From Candidatus Aenigmatarchaeota archaeon (lineage in GTDB: Archaea; Aenigmatarchaeota; Aenigmatarchaeia; QMZP01), in the NCBI GenBank assembly GCA_043824495.1, contig JBDRSV010000005.1, forward strand, positions 64,001 to 128,000: 64,000 bases of DNA. The letters are read 5' to 3'. The position numbers were made by a program, and so were the translations under genes. The notes below the pieces were generated by a model. It had not been told where the DNA came from. It did no database searches and saw only the letters and a program-made list of their open reading frames with translations. Numbering within the stretch: the first letter of the stretch is position 1; each line of letters starts with the position of its first letter. Positions 19,201 through 28,566 of the stretch are shown here, piece by piece.

Positions 19201-19353
19201 AGAACCTGAAGTTATTATTAGATTTTTTGTCTCTTCTGTAAAAGAAATTCGACCTGGTTTTTGAGTAAGCTCAATTGCATTTATGGTACCCATAGCTAGA
19301 ATTATTCCAAGAACCAAAGACACAACAATTGTAATTTTCGTTGCAGCTAGCAA
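16288..19353 (-). CDS. Secreted transglutaminase-like protein with Ig-like domains and a C-terminal dockerin-like domain
   Basis: GECSDNC...NIPARAVTG...YHCWAEYWNGTQWLILDAT (Cys-His-Asp triad); paired EF-hand-like DLDKDGFLTALDL / DLDGDGFPTALDL. Confidence 0.85.
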   Translation of the reverse strand: MLAATKITIVVSLVLGIILAMGTINAIELTQKPGRISFTEETKNLIITSGSQNTLQIEPIPSSIQSMVSSDSSNKDAQYYCNFEEPECVNFGECFCDVEEGELLEFYMTWGWNPPNPALPICTWSNNLPPGATYPTVSAPGEVQGTFTWTPNNCQSEYYIFTSEAGQECYVPLGSSDVSINVLNINRLPELDPISTITINEGDFAFTSANAVDLDMQICGDDLVTYSLTQAECGVLDCPVIDPITGDFFWQTGIGDAGDYFIEVLVDDNFGGFDNIFFDIRVNAVTPLILNEISVTVANNDKRYEATTYRRGEDVYIYIVKRNNLSAKNITVVDSLGNKLNATEVLSKKKLIAPEGFHYEVFKISTSAAGPIGKYTATISITNGIDTIDITRDFTVIFSMTKPASWSNAEWLQWKHGTNESLYDTRWSPAREIGRVVQLDIYNALYTREINEIENGTTDEDDAAKKKREWVTEHTTYGNGCYANIKTYLNALLAHSNGSTGPSGWADGECSDNCMVLVGKLRAENIPARAVTGQWVRKTATSLWNYHCWAEYWNGTQWLILDATGGYEDTGVTQEDYWRDHSCEGGPRTGRPTAAPVTQDPNTGNKTSLIKEYNTSKPTPPMPPKSFSSLNSCDLTITTSTDKSDYIFGEDVNLTIEFQNNGAITQNVNSEINVRTPLIEETVQFAPQHTIPSEILILNDFDSLTIPPSSSVSKSFIITSTDYVDNGDFEVTTTTEDCFDLSFFTVDPGLDVTLTIPLVVDVNQTFTATVSVENLLGSQINDIEVRLITPFYATSDVTYAISSLSAGQTDVANIPMKIIHSGEHNFVLAADSSDTGFKTIVEGIDVLSPPVIQVSGMMHFPESPEVSETTTISAEITNLGDYTLINTVASLNISDDFFVIDPISQPLGSINPGTSVIVSWNVEGTIGDEYLYAISATDQNGNYDINFRELEISTLDICGDLDKDGFLTALDLAIMIDILFAGHPLPDPPWIADLDGDGFPTALDLAIMIDHLFAGAPEPTC

Positions 19354-19479
19354 ATTATCACACCTTAATCTAAATGAAATTATACTCTTTTAAAAAAAGG
19401 ATGGATTGAAGTTTTATAAAACCATGTGGTGTTTAAGACAATCAGTAAGAATTAATATATTGTCCATACAAGCGGGTTG

Positions 19480-19746
19480 TTACCAACCACAAAGCATCTT
19501 CTTCTCAGCGTGACTTAGGGTTTTGATCTTCTCTTTGAGACTATGAGCTTCTTTTCTTGTTTTACACACATGAGACCATACTAAACGGACAATACTAGGT
19601 CCGCTCTTTTTATTCTCTTTTTTCTTGTAGTTTAGATTTTCTATATGAGAACTCATCTCAGTTAGGATATTTGATGTGTCTCCTACGTAGAAATTAGTGA
19701 ACTTTCTGTCTTTGTAGCATTTTAACATGTACACCCAGTAAGTCAT
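19480..19746 (-). CDS. Small GIY-YIG nuclease family protein
   Basis: YWVYMLKC...FYVGDT...EA...E..IK.L; the usual Arg is not evident. Confidence 0.7.
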   Translation of the reverse strand: MTYWVYMLKCYKDRKFTNFYVGDTSNILTEMSSHIENLNYKKKENKKSGPSIVRLVWSHVCKTRKEAHSLKEKIKTLSHAEKKMLCGW

Positions 19747-19789
19747 AAACTAGACTTGGAATTAGGGTTTAAAAAGATTTGTTAGGGTA

Positions 19790-19930
19790 TTATTCTAATT
19801 TTTTTATTATGTATTCAGCGTACCAAGCAGGCCAATTTTCATCTCTGTGTCCAAGCTGAGTTTCATATACTCCATGAGCTTTCTCAGCTTCTTTTAAGAG
19901 CTCTTCTAATTTTTCTTTTGTTAATATCAT
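19790..19930 (-). CDS. 46-aa conserved-looking microprotein; not in the ORF track
   Basis: MILTKEKLEELLKEAEKAHGVYETQLGHRDENWPAWYAEYIIKKLE. Confidence 0.65.
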   Translation of the reverse strand: MILTKEKLEELLKEAEKAHGVYETQLGHRDENWPAWYAEYIIKKLE

Positions 19931-19945
19931 TAATATCAAATATGA

Positions 19946-22900
19946 TTACATACATGTCCATGTGTTTGTGTACTTATCATATTCACAGTCAGTTCCTTGG
20001 TCACCGTTTCCAGTGCTTGGAGATTCATCTGGTGTTGCAGTTATATACTCCCAATTAGTTTCACATCCATATAATGCATTACATCCCCTTACAGCAAATT
20101 CATATGTATTGCTAGGGTTTAGACCATTGAATTCAACTTCATTTGGATAATCTTTATCAGGTAACGGTCCTGTTACACTCCAGGCGTCACCAACTTTTCT
20201 CATCTTAACCTCATAAATACTTGCTCCTCTACTACCCCAAGTAAGCTTTACTGACCAGATATCAGTTGTTGCAATTATGTTATTAACTGATGGTATGACT
20301 GATCCTTGGTTAAGTCCCTTTTTAATTGAAATATCATCTATGTAATTGAATGGTTGTGCATATCCTCCTCTGCTGTTTATATTTGTTTTTACTGTTCCTG
20401 GGACATCATCTGACAAGCTATTCCCACTATGGAAATCACATGAATATTCAGCCCAGTCGCTTGTTGGGTAGACTTCACATCGCATAAGATTTTTCCATGG
20501 ATTTGGAGATTCAGGTCTTCGTCTCTCTACCCAGAATAACTGAGTTGATCCATTTAAAGGATCTCCTTTCTTTGCCCAGAAAGAGAATGCATAATCTGTG
20601 TCTGCTTCAAGTACAATGTCGTGTTGCCATGGCTCCCAACTATTTACACTCTGCACGCAATAATCTCCTGTATGGCAGTCTGTATCTACACCATCTTCTG
20701 CTATGAATGCTGAATCATCTGCAGGTTCATTTACCCATCCCCAGTTCTCTACGTTATTACCATTTATTGTTTCAAATCCATGGTTCAATACATAATTCTG
20801 CTCAACAGTGAATGTTCCTGGAGTAGCAGCAGAACAATCGCCTTGTGAGTCACAAACAAATGCATAATACTGGTTAGTTCCAATATCATCTTCTGTTGTT
20901 GTGTAAATGCATGTGGAAGGACTTGTACCATCTAGAGATGATTCACACCAATCACCGCCTGTACAAAAAGCAGGTGCTCCAGGAGTGATAGCATTTGTTC
21001 TGCAAATATGAGCTCTTACCAAATCGGTTGGGTTATCGTCTGTCCAATCAGTAGTAAATGTAATAACTTCTCCTATGCTTACACTATTAGGATTTTCTGT
21101 AACGCCTACAATTGTAGGAACAATATTTAACTGTAAGAATTCATTCTCAACTATCATGTTACCCATTATATCATATACATAGTGATAGATAGCAACTATT
21201 TGTCCTGACGCCACATCTTCTACAGCCCTTCTAACTCTTAATCCGCTATAATCATAATCATAATACTCTTTTATGCCCTGTCCTGTTAAGTCTGCAGCTG
21301 CCATTCTATTTTCAGGATCATAAGTGAATACAGCTGATATACAATCAGGTTCTCCTGAACATACTTTTGTTTGTAGATTACCTCTCTCATCATACTGCAT
21401 GTTTATTACTGGAACACTTGCTGAAAGTACTTGTTTAAGTGCTTGACTGCTTCCACTAACCTCAAATGCATATTGGTATGTTTTTGTTGGTTCTCCTGCT
21501 CTTGTTTCATCTTGTCTGTTCCCTGCCTTATCATAATTATATGTCGCTTCACCAAATGGTGTATCTTCATAAACTAACCTATGTACATTATCATATCTGA
21601 ATTCTTTGTTTGGTTGTCCAGGTGATGTAATTGTCTCCACATTACCTACGTCATCATGTATGTATGACTCAGAAAAGTGTGTTGTTCCTAGTTTTGTTGT
21701 AACTACATCTGTGACCCAATCTCTACTTGGATGATAACTATAATCTGTTTGAACCGTGTTACCAAATGTTACCAAGTCCATTGTTCCTGTTGGGTTGTAT
21801 ATGATAGACGCAGAAAATGTTCCGTCCTCAATTCCTTCAACTTGACCAAATGCATTGTAAATATAACTAACTGTTACACCGCCTTCAGGATAAGTAATTG
21901 TTCTTATGGAATCTGATTCAGTGTATGTATATGTTGTTGTATATGTTCCTTCATTCATGATGTTTTTTGTTATTGAATCTAGTCTACCAAAACTATCATA
22001 ACCTAGTGTAGTTATTATTACATTGCTTCCAGATCCTTCTGTTATTGTGCAAAGTTTTCCAGAATGACATACATCATAAACAAAAGTCACATCCCTCCAA
22101 GGAGAAGGGTAATTTATTGTTTTTAATCTATCTAATTCATCATAAGTATATGTCATTGTAACGGTTCCGTGTGTTTTTGTTCTAGTGTTTCCATGATCAT
22201 CGTATGTGTAACCAATTGATCCAATATCTGGATTGGCAAATGCACTTAGTCTGTGTAGGCTGTCATAACCATAATCTGTTAAATGATTTTCAGCATCTGT
22301 GATGGTATCTATGTTATCAACTGCTGTATATAAAAAATCATTTTCATAATCGTAATTATTTCCATCTGTTGAGTTCTCTTTTAGAGTTACTATGTTTCCC
22401 CAACCATCAAAAGAAGACATTTTCCATTTATTTTCTTCATCCATTACCTTTGTGTATTCTTTTCCAGAACTATCTATACCATGATTTGTCTGAATCGTTG
22501 TAGAATCAGGGTTTGTTATTGTTGTTATTCTGCTTAAAGGGTCTCCAGCAATATATGAAAATACTGTACCTGCACCTGCAGTTTCTCCTGTTGCAGTTCT
22601 ATGAGTAGTTTGTATTCTTCCAGAAGTATCATAATCTGTTTGTGTGTTTATCTTTTTTGTTGCGTCTCCTGCATCTTGTATGACAGTTTTAAAATTTCTT
22701 CCATGTGCATCATAATATGATGTAGTAGTTGCATCCTTACCAGCAATAGAATCAATTATAGAAGTTGCTGTTACTGTTTCAGGTCCACTTTTTGATATGT
22801 CATATGTGTAAAGTATGTCCGGATTTTCACTAGTTCCCTCTTGTATAGCTTTCCACAATCTTCCATAGTTATCATATTCATATGTTGTTGTTGCGCCACC

Positions 22901-23752
22901 AAATGGTGTTATTGTTTTTGGTTTTCTCAATTCATTATCCCATGTATAACTTGCTGAATAACTGCCGGGTCCTGTTTCTGATTGGAGTAATCCATCTGTA
23001 GTGTAACCATATGTAACTGTTTGACTCATTGCATCCTCTCCTGTGCCGCCTTCTGTTGCAAGTATTTTTGGTGGGATAGTCATACTCAATGGCTGGCTAA
23101 AACTGTTATATTCCCCATAAGTTGTGGTAATCCATCTAATATCATCTGCATAATAATCCTGCGTTGTTTCAGGAACTACTCTTTCAAGATCATATAAATT
23201 ACAATTCCTTGTTTCGTCTGGCTTATCAAATGTGGTTCCACAAGTATCTGGATCTACATCAGTGCAGGTTCTTGTTTGTTGACCTAATGTGCATGCTCCC
23301 CAATTTGTACATTGCCAATCTTCAGGGCAAGGACAGTTGTCATCTAATGGATTTCCAGGAGGATATTTATCTTGGCATGCACCCCATGTAGTTATACTAA
23401 AACCCAAAAAATTTCCTGGAATACATTGCATTTGACCATTACATATCTGATCATTTGCCTCATAACTACAATCAGCAGTTGCTCCTGGACTAGCACATTC
23501 ACAGTTAAATGCTGGAACTCCTATTCCTTGAAAATTACTAGGACATGTTTGAGGTGTCCATCCACCGGAAGCACATGTTTGTGTTCCATAACATTTTACT
23601 GCAGCACCAAGACATGTGGGCGTTATATCACCATTTACGTCATAGCATGTGGTGCATGTATCTGTACTACCTATCTGACAAAAAGCGTCTGATGTATTGG
23701 TTAACATAGCTAAAACAAATACTGTAACTAATATTGTATATATTATTTTCAT
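19946..23752 (-). CDS. Secreted YD-repeat (RHS middle) protein with Cys-rich leader and C-terminal Ig, CBM-like and FN3 domains; lacks the RHS core
   Basis: Signal peptide; many YD units (YEYDNYGRL, YGYDSLHRL, YTYDELDRL, FTYDPENRM); YD run ends at YDIMGNMIVENEF; VLNHGFE...YIDDISI; GLNPSNTYEFAVR. Confidence 0.9.
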   Translation of the reverse strand: MKIIYTILVTVFVLAMLTNTSDAFCQIGSTDTCTTCYDVNGDITPTCLGAAVKCYGTQTCASGGWTPQTCPSNFQGIGVPAFNCECASPGATADCSYEANDQICNGQMQCIPGNFLGFSITTWGACQDKYPPGNPLDDNCPCPEDWQCTNWGACTLGQQTRTCTDVDPDTCGTTFDKPDETRNCNLYDLERVVPETTQDYYADDIRWITTTYGEYNSFSQPLSMTIPPKILATEGGTGEDAMSQTVTYGYTTDGLLQSETGPGSYSASYTWDNELRKPKTITPFGGATTTYEYDNYGRLWKAIQEGTSENPDILYTYDISKSGPETVTATSIIDSIAGKDATTTSYYDAHGRNFKTVIQDAGDATKKINTQTDYDTSGRIQTTHRTATGETAGAGTVFSYIAGDPLSRITTITNPDSTTIQTNHGIDSSGKEYTKVMDEENKWKMSSFDGWGNIVTLKENSTDGNNYDYENDFLYTAVDNIDTITDAENHLTDYGYDSLHRLSAFANPDIGSIGYTYDDHGNTRTKTHGTVTMTYTYDELDRLKTINYPSPWRDVTFVYDVCHSGKLCTITEGSGSNVIITTLGYDSFGRLDSITKNIMNEGTYTTTYTYTESDSIRTITYPEGGVTVSYIYNAFGQVEGIEDGTFSASIIYNPTGTMDLVTFGNTVQTDYSYHPSRDWVTDVVTTKLGTTHFSESYIHDDVGNVETITSPGQPNKEFRYDNVHRLVYEDTPFGEATYNYDKAGNRQDETRAGEPTKTYQYAFEVSGSSQALKQVLSASVPVINMQYDERGNLQTKVCSGEPDCISAVFTYDPENRMAAADLTGQGIKEYYDYDYSGLRVRRAVEDVASGQIVAIYHYVYDIMGNMIVENEFLQLNIVPTIVGVTENPNSVSIGEVITFTTDWTDDNPTDLVRAHICRTNAITPGAPAFCTGGDWCESSLDGTSPSTCIYTTTEDDIGTNQYYAFVCDSQGDCSAATPGTFTVEQNYVLNHGFETINGNNVENWGWVNEPADDSAFIAEDGVDTDCHTGDYCVQSVNSWEPWQHDIVLEADTDYAFSFWAKKGDPLNGSTQLFWVERRRPESPNPWKNLMRCEVYPTSDWAEYSCDFHSGNSLSDDVPGTVKTNINSRGGYAQPFNYIDDISIKKGLNQGSVIPSVNNIIATTDIWSVKLTWGSRGASIYEVKMRKVGDAWSVTGPLPDKDYPNEVEFNGLNPSNTYEFAVRGCNALYGCETNWEYITATPDESPSTGNGDQGTDCEYDKYTNTWTCM

Positions 23753-26700
23753 TATTCATACACCTTATATTCTGTTTTTGTTAAAAGTCCACCTGGGCTA
23801 TTTATTTGTGAAGGTAGTGTGAGCATGAATTTATTGGATAGTCTATCTTTAACATTTGTATCTGGATCAGAGGCGAATGCGTATGAGATTGATGTAGTTT
23901 TTGCTGCTCCGCTTGAAGGTGTTAGAGTTGTGCCTGTAGACAATATGATTGTTTCATGTGGTAATTGGCCTGTTCTTGCGAAAGAGGCATAAGAGTAAGA
24001 TATTGAAGATATTGATGTATAAGATGGGTTCGTCCAATCGTATAATTTTGTAGTTGTGGAATCTGGTAAATCAATTGTTTTCCAGAAAAGTGCTGTTCTT
24101 GTGTGATCGTAAGCCGGATCTTCTACAGTTATTGGACCAGTTTCAAATTCATTATTAGAATAACTACCTCTAGCTACTGATACTTCTTTAACCAATCCGA
24201 GTGTTGTGTCTCCAGTAAAACTACCAGTAGATTTGTAATATCTTACAAGTTCTGGATATCCCATGAAACCATCATTCTTATCTGGGATTAATGTGGCTGA
24301 TTGTTTTCCTGGGATATTCTCACACCAACGTCTGGAATTATGATAAAAACACAAAAAACTCCCACTGAAAACAGTTGATTGCTTACCACTTGATTCAAAT
24401 TGATCAGTAGAGTAATATGTTATTATGTGTCCTATCCCACCTGGTAAGGTTAGTTTAGTTTTTGGATAATAGACAAATTCACCTACATCATCAAATGAAC
24501 TTGGAAGGAAGTAATAATCACCAGTAGCAGACAGTCTTTCTTGTACAAATTTATCTGGTATTCTATTTATATTACCTGCGTCTCCTATTCCTGATTCAGC
24601 TAAGTAGTCTTGTGTATATACATATGAATCCCCTGAAGGATCCTCAACCGTTGTTGAGATGAGCCTTGCCCCGCCCATTCTGTATATATATTGACCATCA
24701 TTGTCTTGGAATACTGTATTACCTCTAGTATCTACAATATTGAATTGTTGATTGATTTTATGTGTTTCGTAATTATATGTGACTTTCAGTCCTGTTGGAT
24801 AGCTTATTTTATACAGACTCCAAACCTCTGCATCTGCTAGATCTACACCTGCGAATGCCCCTTCTGAATCTAAATTCATCCCATCTGGATTTGATGTGTA
24901 ATATCCAAATAAGTCTCTATAATCATATAAACTTGTCCTACTACATCCTGGTAATAATGCTGGTCCAGGATTATATGCAAACTCATAAGGTTCCAGAGTA
25001 TCAATAGCAGTCTTGCCCTGGACGTTTATTTGTGTGAGCATTAATTTGCTTTGATGAGTTCCATCCGGTATTGTGTTTCCAGCATCATTATCTATACATA
25101 CAGTAGGACTGTATTCATTTATTCCACTAGCTAGATTATTATTCTGGTTATAGACGAAACTAATAACATTTAATGTTGAACTTTTTGATAGTGTGATTGA
25201 GTTAAGATGTTTGGTTGCCTCTTTACTACCTCCATCACTATTATAATCTATCTCATATTCTGATAACAAATAATTAGCTGGTGTTGCAACACCATCACCT
25301 ACAAAAGTAAATGTTGCAGTGTGACCACTGGATGTTGTTACTGTATTTGGATATGCAATCTCTCTATATATAACTCTACTATCAGGACCAGTTCCATCAA
25401 AATCATAATGATAATCAACTACATCATAATTAATTGCTATCCAACTGCCTGCATTGTTTCCATCTGTTGGATCAAGTACATTCCCTGCACTATCCCTGTA
25501 GCCAGGAGAGAGAATTGCTGTTAATTTCCATTCCATAGCTCCTTTAGGAGAAGCTGGTAATCTTGATACATCTCCATTGTCATAGGCATCTACATAGGAC
25601 TCTTTTACTGGTTGATTGTAAACAAATTTTGTTCCATCTGCTGTGATTAGGACAAATCCATCATAATCATATCCATACTGGACTGTTTTTGTTGTTCCCA
25701 ATATGTTTAATCTGTATGGTGTATTAGCACTTTTTGGTTCGAATTCTGGATTCTCTACTGTTCCAAAATTAAAGAATTTATCTCCCCCGCTTGGGAATGT
25801 AACATACATTGCATCTCCTACAACATCAGCTCTTGTATGAGAATATGTGGTTGGTTCAATTGTATCTTCTCTACAATCATTTGGACAAGCAGATGTTGAA
25901 CCCATCAGATCATTAGCACCATCATAACTCTCTCCAAATTCACATCTCCCATTATTATTACAGGAGCCAACCGCTACTGCAGCACAATCGCTTGGAGCAC
26001 AATAATAATTCTCTCCTCCACCTACTGTTGTCTGACATGTTCCATCAGAAGTGCTTGGAGTTTGACTCCAACAATCTAAATTACAATTAAACCATGTTTC
26101 ACCAATGTCACATACTCCATTACCACAACCTTGTGTACAAGTTGAATCAATAAAACAAGGTGCGGATTGAGAACATTTAGTAAGATCGACATTTCCAGAT
26201 GCACAGTATATTGCCTCACAATCATTCCCATCATAACATTCACTGGAAAAACAAACTTCTTCATTATTGACACCATATGTACTTACACTACAAGATCCCC
26301 AATAATCTGGTGTCCAGCAACTTCCGGCCTGGTCTTTGCATGGATATTCACCATCATCTTCATCACCGGGACCACCAAAATAACAATCAGTATCATCTTG
26401 TAGTTGTGGACAAACTTGATCTTGGCCAACAGTTATTTTTGGCCAACACCATCCATAATTAGTATTAGGATTAAAACAAGGGCGATCTATATTAGGGCAA
26501 GCATCTGAATCATCAGACGTGCCCCCTGTACACTGTTCTGCTTCACAATTGTGATTCCAATTGGTACAATCTAAACCGCCTGGATTTATGTTTGGCGGAT
26601 CGCATGCAGGAACACCGCCTTGTAACCCACCTGGATGTGTTTGATATTCACCACATTCACAAATATTATCACTTGCAGATGTTGTTCCAGTACAATCTTT

Positions 26701-27096
26701 TGGACATGTATTATGAGTTTCAGGACCGTTACAAATCTGATCTCCACAAGATGTTGAACCTCCTTTTGCTGTGTCGTGGTAATCTACCAAATTCATTGGG
26801 ATTCTTCTTATTGAGCCTAGATCTAAGTTCCACCCTAAACCTATAATAGAATGAAGCTGATCCACTTTGATACCTGATTCATAATGAGCAACTATTGGTA
26901 ATGATAAACCGCCAGTAGAAGGAACATCCATCAAAGGAAGATCAAGATTCAAATCACCTGTAAAAGATGATCCGCCTCTTTCATAAGGAGTGATTTTAGT
27001 GGGTTGGGGAGGAGTTACTGTAGAAGCAGCCGGACTCACTAATAGAAACATACACAAAAAAACTACAATTATAATTGTCGTAATTTTATTTAACAT
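23752..27096 (-). CDS. Secreted SpvB/TcB-like RHS N-terminal module with a large Cys-rich insertion
   Basis: Signal peptide; SSFTGDLNLDLPLMDVP...GLSLPIVAHYESG...IGLGWNLDLGSIRR; SLYKISYPTG, MGGARL; 1-bp overlap with the next gene. Confidence 0.8.
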   Translation of the reverse strand: MLNKITTIIIVVFLCMFLLVSPAASTVTPPQPTKITPYERGGSSFTGDLNLDLPLMDVPSTGGLSLPIVAHYESGIKVDQLHSIIGLGWNLDLGSIRRIPMNLVDYHDTAKGGSTSCGDQICNGPETHNTCPKDCTGTTSASDNICECGEYQTHPGGLQGGVPACDPPNINPGGLDCTNWNHNCEAEQCTGGTSDDSDACPNIDRPCFNPNTNYGWCWPKITVGQDQVCPQLQDDTDCYFGGPGDEDDGEYPCKDQAGSCWTPDYWGSCSVSTYGVNNEEVCFSSECYDGNDCEAIYCASGNVDLTKCSQSAPCFIDSTCTQGCGNGVCDIGETWFNCNLDCWSQTPSTSDGTCQTTVGGGENYYCAPSDCAAVAVGSCNNNGRCEFGESYDGANDLMGSTSACPNDCREDTIEPTTYSHTRADVVGDAMYVTFPSGGDKFFNFGTVENPEFEPKSANTPYRLNILGTTKTVQYGYDYDGFVLITADGTKFVYNQPVKESYVDAYDNGDVSRLPASPKGAMEWKLTAILSPGYRDSAGNVLDPTDGNNAGSWIAINYDVVDYHYDFDGTGPDSRVIYREIAYPNTVTTSSGHTATFTFVGDGVATPANYLLSEYEIDYNSDGGSKEATKHLNSITLSKSSTLNVISFVYNQNNNLASGINEYSPTVCIDNDAGNTIPDGTHQSKLMLTQINVQGKTAIDTLEPYEFAYNPGPALLPGCSRTSLYDYRDLFGYYTSNPDGMNLDSEGAFAGVDLADAEVWSLYKISYPTGLKVTYNYETHKINQQFNIVDTRGNTVFQDNDGQYIYRMGGARLISTTVEDPSGDSYVYTQDYLAESGIGDAGNINRIPDKFVQERLSATGDYYFLPSSFDDVGEFVYYPKTKLTLPGGIGHIITYYSTDQFESSGKQSTVFSGSFLCFYHNSRRWCENIPGKQSATLIPDKNDGFMGYPELVRYYKSTGSFTGDTTLGLVKEVSVARGSYSNNEFETGPITVEDPAYDHTRTALFWKTIDLPDSTTTKLYDWTNPSYTSISSISYSYASFARTGQLPHETIILSTGTTLTPSSGAAKTTSISYAFASDPDTNVKDRLSNKFMLTLPSQINSPGGLLTKTEYKVYE

Positions 27097-27295
27097 CAGT
27101 AACCTCTAAGCCATATATAATCACTCACCGTAAGCTTTATATTCGTTTAGTATTCACTGATCACGATATCTTTATTGAATTGTCAATTTCCTCTCATTTT
27201 TCCAGAAAACCAGTATACAAGAAGGAAGGAGAGAAATAGTTATTTAAATCTTTCCCCCAACTTTTAAAAAGCAATAACAGCATCAGGAGAATCGT

Positions 27296-28564
27296 TTGAC
27301 CAGATCTCTTACATTAAATTTTGGGGATAGGAAAAAATTGTTAGCTGTAATTATAATTGCTTTTTTTGTTCTTTTCGTTTCCTTCAGTTCAGGATACGCA
27401 AGAGATTCCAACTTGATAAAATCAGTTGAAAAAATAAAACCTGTAAAACCAATAGATTCAAGGTTACAACTAGAAACTACTACGTCAACAGCAGTTAATA
27501 TACCTGGTTTTGAAAAAACTAATACTGTTTTTTTCTATACGGGTATCAAGAAAATAGCAGAAAAAACTAATGGTGTATTAAGCTATGCTCACGATGATAA
27601 CGTAGGGAATCTAATTTTGAAAACTGACTCTTTAGGAAATGAGCAACCAGGTTCAAGAGTTTCATACGATGCGTTTGGTTCAGCTGACTCAGATGACGCT
27701 AGTTACACTGGACATCTACTTGACAATGGAATCGGGATGTATTACATGAAATCAAGGTATTATGATCCTGATATTGGACGATTTATTAGTGCTGATTCTG
27801 TACCAGGTGACATAACAGATCCACAGTCATTAAATAGATATATTTACGTCACCAATAGACCAACAATTAACATAGATCCAAATGGAAAGCAACAATTCCC
27901 TAGTAATATTATAATTACTGGAGCAGACTCAGTTGAACAAGTTATGATTAGGGGCTCTTTGTATAGTGTACCCGATAGCTTCTTTAGCCCAACATCTCCT
28001 ACACCTGATACTATATATTTACATGTATCAGACTCGCTGGGTGGTGGTGCAACATTTACCACAGCTGGAAGCTACGGTCAGTTTACAGATAGTGCTAGTA
28101 TTCTACGTGATTTTTTGTTTAATGAAATAATTGATACTAGTGTAGTAATTCCACTTAGCGTGCCTTATGTCATAGATACAACTAAAGAAGTAGGTGCAGA
28201 AGGCGAAAGATTTTTAGTGCATGAATTGTATGCCCATTTTGGAGATAAGCCTTCAACTGACACTCTTCACACAGAAGTTAAATCTGCAATGGCATACATA
28301 GATGCTAATAATTTTATCTCTTCAGATTCATTGGCAAGAGATTCTTTAAGACAAGCAATATTAGTAATCTATGACGATTTACATACTGATGAAGCTAAAG
28401 CATATGATAAAGAACGCAACTTCGCAATTTATCAATTTAACCAAGGAAGAATAGATTCTACTACTTTATCTAGGGTATTACGAGAAACGGCATTTGATAG
28501 TGCAGCTACTGTTAACAGAGCAGATAGTCTAGGAAATTATTGGTTCAATCAAATTCCATATTAG
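27296..28564 (+). CDS. Secreted RHS-associated core protein with a putative metallopeptidase toxin tip
   Basis: AGGAG plus TTG start; signal peptide; YDAFG...YTGH...MYYMKSRYYDPDIGRFISAD...LNRYIYVTNRPTINIDPNG; tip contains HELYAH. Confidence 0.9.
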   Translation: MTRSLTLNFGDRKKLLAVIIIAFFVLFVSFSSGYARDSNLIKSVEKIKPVKPIDSRLQLETTTSTAVNIPGFEKTNTVFFYTGIKKIAEKTNGVLSYAHDDNVGNLILKTDSLGNEQPGSRVSYDAFGSADSDDASYTGHLLDNGIGMYYMKSRYYDPDIGRFISADSVPGDITDPQSLNRYIYVTNRPTINIDPNGKQQFPSNIIITGADSVEQVMIRGSLYSVPDSFFSPTSPTPDTIYLHVSDSLGGGATFTTAGSYGQFTDSASILRDFLFNEIIDTSVVIPLSVPYVIDTTKEVGAEGERFLVHELYAHFGDKPSTDTLHTEVKSAMAYIDANNFISSDSLARDSLRQAILVIYDDLHTDEAKAYDKERNFAIYQFNQGRIDSTTLSRVLRETAFDSAATVNRADSLGNYWFNQIPY

Positions 28565-28566
28565 AA

